From the NCBI GenBank assembly GCA_949001935.1, contig CARJLX010000004.1, positions 23,023 to 87,022 of the forward strand: a stretch of DNA of 64,000 nt, written 5' to 3'. Positions 18,524 through 28,503 of this stretch are shown one piece after another. The position numbers and the translations under genes were made by a program. Source of the DNA: an uncultured Eubacteriales bacterium. Its GTDB lineage: Bacteria > Bacillota > Clostridia > Christensenellales > UBA1242. The notes beneath the pieces are model-generated. The model ran no database searches and was not told the origin of the DNA. It saw only the letters and a program-made list of their open reading frames with translations. Numbering within the stretch: position 1 is the stretch's first letter; each line of letters begins with the position of its first letter.

Positions 18524-19192
18524 ATGTTAATGATTGCTTTTATATGCTTACTATTGGTTTGCCTTATCACTGGCACTTTCTATAGCATATATTCAAACAA
18601 ATATACAGTTGTCAATGCGGTAGTAAAATTTTCTGCCATACTTTCTTGTTGTATTCTTGCAATAGTCACTGCAAACCTTACTTCTGCAATTGGCGGTTAT
18701 TCTATATTTGTTATAATTGGTCTAATATTCATTCTCATTTACGAATTTTTTAATTTAAGCAATTTTGAAAAAACATCTGCCTATTTCTATTTTAAAAATA
18801 TAACTCTTGCTCTAGGTTTTACTTGTTTCTTTGTATCGGGACTTATTTATGGTGATTTTAAGATTTTTGCACTTCTTTGTGGAATATTTATAGCAATAGG
18901 TCTAATTTGTCTTAATTTTGCCCTTAAACGCCAAGAAAAGACTAAGGCAGAAATTATATCACAAAGCATACTCATCTCAATTTTAAGTTTGTTTTTAAGC
19001 CAAGGAATAAATCTACTTTTAGGCACTCACCTTTTAACAGGCCTTTTCTTCCTTGTAGGCGGAATATTTGCACTTGCTGGAACTATGGCAAAAGTCCTAA
19101 AAAAACAAGGTGATAATATTGCTAGAATAATAGCGAATGCGTTATACATTTTAGGTTTAATTTCAATTTCATGTTCAATTTATTTTATTTAA
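18524..19192 (+). CDS. Polytopic membrane protein, 222 aa, unknown function
   Basis: ORF track; about seven hydrophobic segments. Confidence 0.6.
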   Translation: MLMIAFICLLLVCLITGTFYSIYSNKYTVVNAVVKFSAILSCCILAIVTANLTSAIGGYSIFVIIGLIFILIYEFFNLSNFEKTSAYFYFKNITLALGFTCFFVSGLIYGDFKIFALLCGIFIAIGLICLNFALKRQEKTKAEIISQSILISILSLFLSQGINLLLGTHLLTGLFFLVGGIFALAGTMAKVLKKQGDNIARIIANALYILGLISISCSIYFI

Positions 19193-19219
19193 AAAAGAGT
19201 GATAATTCACTCTTTTTTA
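19191..19219. terminator. Bidirectional terminator between convergent genes
   Basis: AAAAAAGAGTGATAATTCACTCTTTTTT. Confidence 0.7.
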
Positions 19220-19223
19220 TTTT

Positions 19224-19961
19224 TTAACAATGCCCGCCATCAACAACTAAAACATGACCTGTTATATAACTTGCCTTGTCACTGGCTAAATACACTATTG
19301 CATCGGCTATTTCTTGTGCCTTAGCAAGTCGTTTAATGTGATATTTTTGCATTTCTTCGTCTAAATACTCTTTTGGCAAATCGACATTCATATCTGTATC
19401 CACCCAACTAGGTGCAACTGCGTTAACATTTATTATTGGTGAAAATTGCATAGATAAATCTTTTGTTAAGGATTGCAATGCAAGTTTAGACATGCAATAA
19501 TCTGCCGTTCCTGGACAAAAGTCTTTCATTCCACTTGTTGAACTCACATTAACAATTTTGCCATAGCCATTTTTGACCATAATTGGAGCAACAAGTTTAG
19601 ATAAAAACAAAGGTGCAATTGCGTTAGTTTTAAAAACCTCCAAAACTTGTTCATATTTTATGTCTTCAAACTCGCGATCATAAACAATTCCAGCGTTATT
19701 AACCAATATATCTATTTTGCCAAATTTCTTTACAATCTTATCCACCATAGGTTTTAAATTGTCTACATTTGAAATATCTGCTTGAATGGCGAAGCCAACT
19801 CCCCCACCCGCATTTATCTCCTTAACAACTTTATCTGCTTCCTTCTTGCTGTGGTTATAATTAACAACAACAGTAGCACCTTGTCTTCCAAATTCAAGTG
19901 CTGTTGCCCTTCCAATTCCTCGGCTAGCACCCGTGATTAAAACAACTTTATCTTTAAACAT
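19224..19961 (-). CDS. Short-chain dehydrogenase/reductase (FabG-like)
   Basis: VVLITGASRGIGRA, NNAG, and a YxxxK motif (YCMSK). The start was trimmed to ATG 19961 (SD AAGGAG). Confidence 0.85.
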   Translation of the reverse strand: MFKDKVVLITGASRGIGRATALEFGRQGATVVVNYNHSKKEADKVVKEINAGGGVGFAIQADISNVDNLKPMVDKIVKKFGKIDILVNNAGIVYDREFEDIKYEQVLEVFKTNAIAPLFLSKLVAPIMVKNGYGKIVNVSSTSGMKDFCPGTADYCMSKLALQSLTKDLSMQFSPIINVNAVAPSWVDTDMNVDLPKEYLDEEMQKYHIKRLAKAQEIADAIVYLASDKASYITGHVLVVDGGHC

Positions 19962-20068
19962 AATTTTTCTCCTTGAATAAATTATATCATTTTTCTCAAA
20001 CATCGCCAACTTTTTTAGTAATAAATCACAAAATGTTACATATATTTAAAATTGTTTGCAAAAAAGTG

Positions 20069-20097
20069 TTGACAAACGGGTTTTTGTAGCGTATACT
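20069..20097 (+). promoter_or_regulatory. Promoter of the tRNA gene
   Basis: TTGACA, a 17-nt spacer, then TATACT, about 18 nt upstream of the tRNA 5' end. Confidence 0.65.
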
Positions 20098-20114
20098 AAC
20101 AAAGTATCAAATAT

Positions 20115-20191
<77 letters not shown>

Positions 20192-20267
20192 GATTGAACC
20201 TAAATTGAACTTTTGTTTAATTTAGGTTTTTTATTTATAAATTTTATTTAAAAGTCAATAATAATTT

Positions 20268-20852
20268 ATGACCTTTATTAAAAATTTACTTTTATATATA
20301 TCGGCGTTTATGCCTATGTATATTTTAATTTTGATTAAACTGATTGTTGAGATATTTAACGACAATCTTCATTTTAATGTTTTGAACACTCTTAATCTTG
20401 TTACACTTATTTCGCTTATCTCTCTTGGCGTTATTGGGCTTATTTGGAACATTCACTTTGAAAAAGAAAAATCAAAAGAAATCATTATTTTAGAAAAGAA
20501 AAACATCACTGACCAACATTTTTTAGGTTATTTTTCGCTATTTGTCTTTTTTGCTATTCCACTTGATCTTGCCAATATGAGCAATTACTGTATCTATGTT
20601 GCTATTTTAATTTTAATAGGAATTGTTTATATTAATAACTCACTTTACTATATAAATCCCCTTCTAAACATTTTGGGTTATAACTTTTATACAATTACCT
20701 ACCGCGAAAAAGACAGCAATGAACAGCGAACTGCCAAGATTTTTTATCGTGGAACACTTATTCTTGAAAACAAAACATATTGGGTAAAACTAAAAAATAT
20801 CAACTTTGCTTTTATAGATAAAAAACCAAATATAAAAAAAGATAAGTTTTAG
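20268..20852 (+). CDS. Hypothetical membrane protein, 194 aa
   Basis: ORF track; four hydrophobic segments and a soluble C-terminal ~50 aa. Confidence 0.5.
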   Translation: MTFIKNLLLYISAFMPMYILILIKLIVEIFNDNLHFNVLNTLNLVTLISLISLGVIGLIWNIHFEKEKSKEIIILEKKNITDQHFLGYFSLFVFFAIPLDLANMSNYCIYVAILILIGIVYINNSLYYINPLLNILGYNFYTITYREKDSNEQRTAKIFYRGTLILENKTYWVKLKNINFAFIDKKPNIKKDKF

Positions 20853-21466
20853 TTTTTATCTTTTTTTGTAATTACTGCTTCTTCAGCATTTCCGCCAGCT
20901 TTGTCAACTTGATTAAACTTATCGTTTTTAGTCTTAGCCTTTGCCAAATTATTCGTATTGATTGAATTACCAAACACAATAAATCTATCGTATAAAAATT
21001 CAGTTACAAAATTGATAATCATTATAAATGGTGTAACAACAAGTTCTGGCCAACCTGCTCTAGTAGAAAGTAAGTGTGCCCCTGCAAGCGACATTGGTGT
21101 GAAAATTAAATAAAAGAAAAATACTAAAGTCATTGCAATTGGCACATTCTCGGCAGATTTGAAAGTGTATTTTCTATTAAAAGTGAAATTCCAAACAACC
21201 GAAGCAACTAAACCAATTAAATAAGCAAGCCAATAAAGTGGGAATTCTCCTTTATTATTAAGCCCAATAAGTTCAAGAATGTAAGTTAAGCCAAGTTGAA
21301 TAACCCCAGCCGATATTGAAAAAAGTGTAAACTTAACAACCTGCCATAAACTTTCTTTTGCAGCAGATTTTTGAGTTTTAACATTTAAATTTTCTTTATT
21401 AACATCCACATTATTTACAATCATAATTTGATTATTGTTTTTCTTTCTATCTTCTTTTTCTTCCAT
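20849..21466 (-). CDS. GtrA-family membrane protein
   Basis: VKFTLFSISAGVIQLGLTYILE ... WNFTFNRKYTFKS matches the GtrA-like pattern. The start was trimmed to ATG 21466 (SD AGGTGA). Confidence 0.6.
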   Translation of the reverse strand: MEEKEDRKKNNNQIMIVNNVDVNKENLNVKTQKSAAKESLWQVVKFTLFSISAGVIQLGLTYILELIGLNNKGEFPLYWLAYLIGLVASVVWNFTFNRKYTFKSAENVPIAMTLVFFFYLIFTPMSLAGAHLLSTRAGWPELVVTPFIMIINFVTEFLYDRFIVFGNSINTNNLAKAKTKNDKFNQVDKAGGNAEEAVITKKDKN

Positions 21467-21621
21467 ACCAATCACCTAGAATATAATAACACAAGTTACG
21501 CAAAAATCCAAAAAAAACTACAAAATTTTGCAAAAAATTTTTATTTAATTATTGACATCTTGCTCAAGTCGTGATAATATATTCTAGCACAAAAATTATA
21601 AGTATATAAGGAAGAAAAATT

Positions 21622-22161
21622 ATGAAAACAAAAACTACTTTTAAAAATCCATTACTAACATTATTAAAATACACAGCAAAAACAGTTGATGAAATTAGGG
21701 CATATAAACCATGCGTTTATCAAGAAGATAATTTAAGAAGAATAAAATTCTCAAAAAAATTTAGATATGTTTCTGGAAAACGCAAATCGCCTTTATATGT
21801 TGCTGCTGATAATTATAATAATCAAGGTTATGCTTATGTTTTAAAATCTTTTGATACAACTTTTTATTATATTGATAAAGATTTTGACCCTGTTCTTAGT
21901 GAAAAGAATGTCACTTCTGTTAAAGACTTATCAGAAGTAATTTTATCAGCACCTAGAAGCGTTTTGAAATATCTTTCTTTAGCAACTATTCAAAAAATTC
22001 ATGATGAAACTTACTTTGAAATGACAACTAGCCAAAATGCTAACACTGAAACTTCCAGCCAATTTGATGTAATCGAAAAATTCATGAAAAAAAATCAATT
22101 ATTTCAATCATTGACAGAAGGCCATCCACAAAAAATTGCAGATGTATCTATTAGTGCTTAA
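21622..22161 (+). CDS. Hypothetical protein, 179 aa
   Basis: ORF track, with SD AAGGAAGAAAAATT-ATG and an upstream TTGACA-17-TAATAT promoter. Confidence 0.5.
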   Translation: MKTKTTFKNPLLTLLKYTAKTVDEIRAYKPCVYQEDNLRRIKFSKKFRYVSGKRKSPLYVAADNYNNQGYAYVLKSFDTTFYYIDKDFDPVLSEKNVTSVKDLSEVILSAPRSVLKYLSLATIQKIHDETYFEMTTSQNANTETSSQFDVIEKFMKKNQLFQSLTEGHPQKIADVSISA

Positions 22162-22181
22162 AAAATTTCATAAAAAAGGTA

Positions 22182-22340
22182 TTGACAATCATTGTATTTT
22201 ATGCTAAAATACATTTATACAAAAAGGGAGTAGTCCTATTGTTTATAAGGCGTCAGTACGGCGTTTGCTCGCTTTATAAAGTGTTTACAAAAACATTGAC
22301 AAGACTTTTTGGAGAAATCCAGAAGGTCTTGTTTTTATTT
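22182..22340 (+). ncRNA. Promoter-to-terminator unit: candidate small RNA or attenuator/riboswitch-like leader of the lipoprotein pair
   Basis: TTGACA (22182-22187), a 17-nt spacer, then TG-n-TAAAAT (22205-22210). About 90 nt follow, including a 9-bp stem TATAAGGCG...CGCTTTATA. Then comes the hairpin CAAGACTTTTTGGAGAAATCCAGAAGGTCTTG (22301-22332) and TTTTTATTTT. Confidence 0.4.
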
Positions 22341-22388
22341 TACCCTTCTGGCATGAAAAATCTTATTTCATAAAAGGAGGGAAAGAAA

Positions 22389-22772
22389 ATGAAAAAAGGA
22401 TTAGTAAAAGGTTTAACTTGTTTAGGTTTGGCTGGGGTTATGATTGGTGCAGTTGTAGGAATGAGTGGATGTGATAGACACTATGAATACGATTATTCTA
22501 GTGATAGTAAAAAAACAATTTCTACATTACACAAAAATGTATATATCGTTGTAAAGGAAAATGATGTTTCAACGCTTCATAAAGGAGATATTTGCACTGA
22601 ACATCCAAGTGGCAGTGGTTCAAGTGATTCAGCCTATGCTCTTTTGAGATTTAATTGCGGTAAAGAAATTGGATCTACAACATTCAATTTTTACCCTCAA
22701 ACTCGCCCAGACGCAAGCAAATATAATGAAGTTTGTGAATGTGCCCACGAATGGATTTCGGAAAATAATTAG
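22389..22772 (+). CDS. Lipoprotein, 127 aa (paralogue 1)
   Basis: Signal peptide plus lipobox ...VVGMSGC. Shares TLHKG and PDA-KY--C-EC motifs with the next gene. Confidence 0.75.
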   Translation: MKKGLVKGLTCLGLAGVMIGAVVGMSGCDRHYEYDYSSDSKKTISTLHKNVYIVVKENDVSTLHKGDICTEHPSGSGSSDSAYALLRFNCGKEIGSTTFNFYPQTRPDASKYNEVCECAHEWISENN

Positions 22773-22785
22773 AGAGGAAAAGAAA

Positions 22786-23157
22786 ATGAAAGGATTTACT
22801 AAAAAATTGATGACTATTGGACTCGCAGGCATTATGCTTGGTGGTGTTGTAGGTTTGGCTGGATGTAGCAAAAATATAGATATTTCTGAAACCGAAAGAT
22901 ATTATTATACAATTAAAAAAGATATTTATATCGTGCATTATGAAAATAAAACTGCAACGCTTCACAAAGGAAACCTTGTGGTAGAAAAAGAGGCTTCAGG
23001 TTATTCAAGTGTTAGTTTAACACCAGTTTTGAAATTAAACTGTAACCCTGAAGGAATACCAACCTATCTTTACAATCCATACGACACAAAACCTGATGCA
23101 AATAAATATACAGATATTTGTGATGAGTGCTTTAAAATTTTTGAAAAACAAAATTAA
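22786..23157 (+). CDS. Lipoprotein, 123 aa (paralogue 2)
   Basis: MKGFTKKLMTIGLAGIMLGGVVGLAGC lipobox. The start was trimmed from track ORF 22669 to ATG 22786 (SD GAGAGGAAAAG). Confidence 0.75.
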   Translation: MKGFTKKLMTIGLAGIMLGGVVGLAGCSKNIDISETERYYYTIKKDIYIVHYENKTATLHKGNLVVEKEASGYSSVSLTPVLKLNCNPEGIPTYLYNPYDTKPDANKYTDICDECFKIFEKQN

Positions 23158-23278
23158 TTATTAAAAGATTGCTTTATAGCAGTCTTTTTTATTGCTTAAA
23201 TTTCAAGAAAAAGGTTTAAATGCTTGCTTTTTCCTATATAATTATATATAATATATTATATTAATATATATGGGGTGA

Positions 23279-25273
<1,995 letters not shown>

Positions 25274-25421
25274 GCAAACTTAGTTTGCATCAGTGTCTTA
25301 TAAACAGACAACAAAAGCAAGATTTATTCGGTCTTGGTCAGGCAAATGCTGGGCGACTGTCTTAAAGCAAATTTAAAAGTCAAACTTTATTTGGTCATGG
25401 CTATAAAACAAAGGAGAAAAA

Positions 25422-25730
25422 ATGGAGACATTAGGAAATGTTCTACTTGCAATAGTTTCAATCTGCACATTTATTTCTTTCTTTCCACAAATCGTTAAAT
25501 ATTTACGCACTAAAAAAGCACAAGATTTAAGTATTTGGTCTTGGGTATTGTGGGTTGTCAGTTCGCTTTCTTACACCCTTTACGCAGTGCTTTGCACAAA
25601 CACAATCATGCTTATTTTTGAAACTTCAATGGAACTGTTATTCTGCGTTATAATTTTGATTTGCTCTATTGTTTTTAGAAAAAAGAAAGCGCCTCAACAA
25701 GATGCAGATAATAAAGAAAATAATATTTGA
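25422..25730 (+). CDS. SemiSWEET / PQ-loop family small transporter (3 TM)
   Basis: 102 aa. The TM1 PQ motif (FISFFPQIVKYLRTKKAQDLSIWSW) and overall layout match remembered bacterial SemiSWEETs. Confidence 0.65.
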   Translation: METLGNVLLAIVSICTFISFFPQIVKYLRTKKAQDLSIWSWVLWVVSSLSYTLYAVLCTNTIMLIFETSMELLFCVIILICSIVFRKKKAPQQDADNKENNI

Positions 25731-25733
25731 TTA

Positions 25734-25762
25734 ATCTTTTCTTTTGCGAAAGCAAAAAGAAA
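25734..25762 (+). repeat. Variant hairpin built from the flank module (TTTCTTTTGC-gaaa-GCAAAAAGAAA)
   Basis: Seen directly, 10 nt upstream of copy G. Confidence 0.55.
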
Positions 25763-25772
25763 TGTTAATAAA

Positions 25773-25814
25773 TTTCTTTTGCTTCTTTTCTTTAAAAGAA
25801 AAGAAGATAAAAAC
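25773..25814 (+). repeat. Hairpin element copy G (5' UTR of gyrA)
   Basis: TTTCTTTTGCTTCTTTTCTTTAAAAGAAAAGAAGATAAAAAC, then GGAG and ATG 25825. Confidence 0.8.
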
Positions 25815-25824
25815 GGAGTATATT

Positions 25825-28416
25825 ATGGACAAAAACGAAAAGAAACCGCTTAGCGAAATGTTTCATGAAACCAAAATTGAAAAGATAGACACTGTGGACA
25901 ACCTTAAGAGGTCGTTTATTTCCTACGCAATGGCAGTTAATATCTCGCGTGCCATCCCAGATGTTAGAGATGGCTTAAAACCAGTTCATAGACGTATCCT
26001 TTTTGGTATGGGTGAAATGAACAATTTTTACGATAAACCAACTAAGAAGTCGGCAAGAATTGTGGGTGAAGTTATGGGTAAATTCCACCCTCATGGCGAC
26101 AGCTCTGTTTATGATGCTCTCGTAAGACTTGCTCAAGACTTTTCTATTCGTTATCCACTCGTGGATGGTCAAGGTAACTTTGGATCTGTTGATGGTGACC
26201 CTCCTGCTGCTTCTCGTTATACAGAAGCAAGACTTGCTAAAATTGCAGGCCTTATGCTTGAGGATATAGATAAAAATACAGTAAACTTTTCTCCTAACTT
26301 TGATAATACTTTGGAAGAGCCTGATGTTCTTCCTGCAAAGTTCCCTAACCTCCTTGTAAACGGTGCGGATGGTATCGCAGTTGGTATGGCTACAAATATT
26401 CCACCTCATAACTTAACAGAAGTTTTAAATGGGTTAGAGGCTTTAATTGATAACCCTGATATCGACATTGACGAACTTATCAAATATATTCCAGCTCCTG
26501 ACTACCCTACTGGCGGTATCATTATGGGTAGAACTGCAGTTAAACATGCATACAAAACAGGTCGTGGTGGTATTGTTGTTCGTGGTCGTGCCGAAATCGA
26601 AGAAACTTCTTCTGGTAGACAAAGAATTATTATCACAGAACTTCCTTATCAGGTAAATAAGGAACAGTTCATCTTGCAAATGGTTGACCTTGTTAAAAAC
26701 AAACGCGTTGAAGGAATTGCAGATATCAAAGAAGAGTCTGACCGTGACGGAATGCGTGTTGTTGTTGACATTAAGAAAGACGCAAATGCACAAGTTGTTT
26801 TAAATGCATTATATAAGCATACCCAACTTCAAAAAGGTTCTGGTATTATTTTCCTTGCAATCGTAGATAAAACTCCAAAAATTTGCAATTTGAAGGAAAT
26901 GCTTTATTACTATCTTGAACATCAAAAAGAAGTTTTACGCCGTAAGACTGAATTTGATCTTGCTAAAGCTCAAGAGCGTGAACACATTGTTAAAGGTCTA
27001 GTTATCGCACTCGCAAACATAGATGAAGTTATTCGCGTAATCAAATCTGCTGACGATAAAGCTGATGCCTGCGTAAAACTTTGTGAAAACTTTGAACTTG
27101 ATGAAATCCAAGCTAATGCTATTCTAGAAATGAAGCTTTCTAAACTTGCAAAACTTGAGGTTGAAAAACTTAACGAAGAATTACGCGAACTTGAAGCACT
27201 AATTGCAGACCTCACTGACATTTTAGCTAAACCAGAACGCATTTTACAAATTCTTAAAGAAGGCTTTGAAGAAATTAAGAAAAATTATGGTGATGCTAGA
27301 AAAACTGAAATCTCACTTGACGCTGGCGGCATAGATATTGCCGACCTTATCGAAAAGGAAGATGTTGTTATTTCAATGACTCATGAAGGCTATATTAAGC
27401 GTATGTCTACTAGTGAATATAAAGCTCAACATCGTGGTGGTGTTGGAATAACCGCTCATAAAACCAAGGAAGAGGACTTTATCGAGCAAATGTTTATCAC
27501 AAACACTCATGATGACTTACTCTTCTTTACAACTTTTGGAAAAGTTTACAATATAAAAGCATATGAAGTTCCTGAGGCTCAACGCACAGCTAAGGGAAGA
27601 GCGATTATCAATCTTCTTCAACTTTCCCCTGAAGAAAAAGTTACCACTATTATTCCAGTCGGAGAACATATTTGTGGCAACCTTGTTATGGCTACAAAAT
27701 ATGGACTTATTAAAAAGACTAAATTCTCAGAATTCTCTTCTATTAGAAAAGTTGGAAAGATTGCAATCAAACTTGTGGAAGGCGATAGTCTTATTGGCGT
27801 TGCTCAAAGTGACGGCGATGACGATATCCTTGTTGCAAGCCGCGAAGGAAAATGTATTCGTTTCAGTGAAAAAGATGTGAGAGAAATGGGTCGTGACAGC
27901 CAAGGCGTTCGCAGTTTGAAACTTGGCAAAAACGATTATATTGTTGAAATGTGTGTTGTAAAGGCCGGAGATAATGCAGAAAAAGACGCACAAATCATCA
28001 CAATCACTGACAATGGCTACGGCAAGCGCAGCAGTGTAAATGAATATAGACTACAATCTCGTGGCGGAATGGGCGTCAAGGCCGGCATATTCAATGAAAA
28101 AACCGGCAGACTTGTTGCACTAAAACAAGTTGTTGATGACAGCGACATAATGCTTATAGCAGACAATGGCGTAATCATCCGCACCCCTCTTGATGACATC
28201 AGCTGGCTTTCAAGAGTTAGCCAAGGTGTACGCATAATGAAACTTAAAAACGAAGCCAAGATTGTTTCAGTTGCAATCACCGCCAAAGAAGAGGAAGACA
28301 GCGAAGCTGAAACTAATAACAGCGAAGCGACTTCTGTTGGAAACGATGAAATTGACGAAAACGAAATAACTGTAAATGTTAACACAACTGAAGTTGATGA
28401 CGACAAAAAAGAATAA
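25825..28416 (+). CDS. gyrA: DNA gyrase subunit A
   Basis: RAIPDVRDGLKPVHRRILF, GKFHPHGDSSVYDALVRLAQ, AASRYTEARL, beta-pinwheel repeats and an acidic tail. The start was trimmed to ATG 25825. Confidence 0.98.
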   Translation: MDKNEKKPLSEMFHETKIEKIDTVDNLKRSFISYAMAVNISRAIPDVRDGLKPVHRRILFGMGEMNNFYDKPTKKSARIVGEVMGKFHPHGDSSVYDALVRLAQDFSIRYPLVDGQGNFGSVDGDPPAASRYTEARLAKIAGLMLEDIDKNTVNFSPNFDNTLEEPDVLPAKFPNLLVNGADGIAVGMATNIPPHNLTEVLNGLEALIDNPDIDIDELIKYIPAPDYPTGGIIMGRTAVKHAYKTGRGGIVVRGRAEIEETSSGRQRIIITELPYQVNKEQFILQMVDLVKNKRVEGIADIKEESDRDGMRVVVDIKKDANAQVVLNALYKHTQLQKGSGIIFLAIVDKTPKICNLKEMLYYYLEHQKEVLRRKTEFDLAKAQEREHIVKGLVIALANIDEVIRVIKSADDKADACVKLCENFELDEIQANAILEMKLSKLAKLEVEKLNEELRELEALIADLTDILAKPERILQILKEGFEEIKKNYGDARKTEISLDAGGIDIADLIEKEDVVISMTHEGYIKRMSTSEYKAQHRGGVGITAHKTKEEDFIEQMFITNTHDDLLFFTTFGKVYNIKAYEVPEAQRTAKGRAIINLLQLSPEEKVTTIIPVGEHICGNLVMATKYGLIKKTKFSEFSSIRKVGKIAIKLVEGDSLIGVAQSDGDDDILVASREGKCIRFSEKDVREMGRDSQGVRSLKLGKNDYIVEMCVVKAGDNAEKDAQIITITDNGYGKRSSVNEYRLQSRGGMGVKAGIFNEKTGRLVALKQVVDDSDIMLIADNGVIIRTPLDDISWLSRVSQGVRIMKLKNEAKIVSVAITAKEEEDSEAETNNSEATSVGNDEIDENEITVNVNTTEVDDDKKE

Positions 28417-28503
28417 TAAGATTTTAAAGGCAACTCTCAAAACTTTGAGGGTTGCCAACCTCTTATCCCCTAACACTTGCACCAAAGAATAAGGAGGAAA
28501 AAT

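Noticed and set aside
22182-22373. 63-aa track ORF in the spacer upstream of the lipoprotein genes
   Set aside because: It begins inside the -35 box and runs through a terminator hairpin. The region is better explained as an RNA leader or sRNA. Only a shorter TTG-initiated leader peptide remains a weak possibility.
20192-23160. A genomic island integrated at the tRNA-fMet gene (membrane protein, GtrA, hypothetical protein, lipoproteins)
   Set aside because: I saw no integrase or recombinase, no direct repeat of the tRNA 3' end and no obvious compositional break.
25274-25421. A possible riboswitch in the gyrB-SemiSWEET spacer
   Set aside because: It contains only short hairpins (GCAAACTTAGTTTGC, TGTCT...AGACA). 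There is no recognisable conserved core and no terminator/antiterminator pair.
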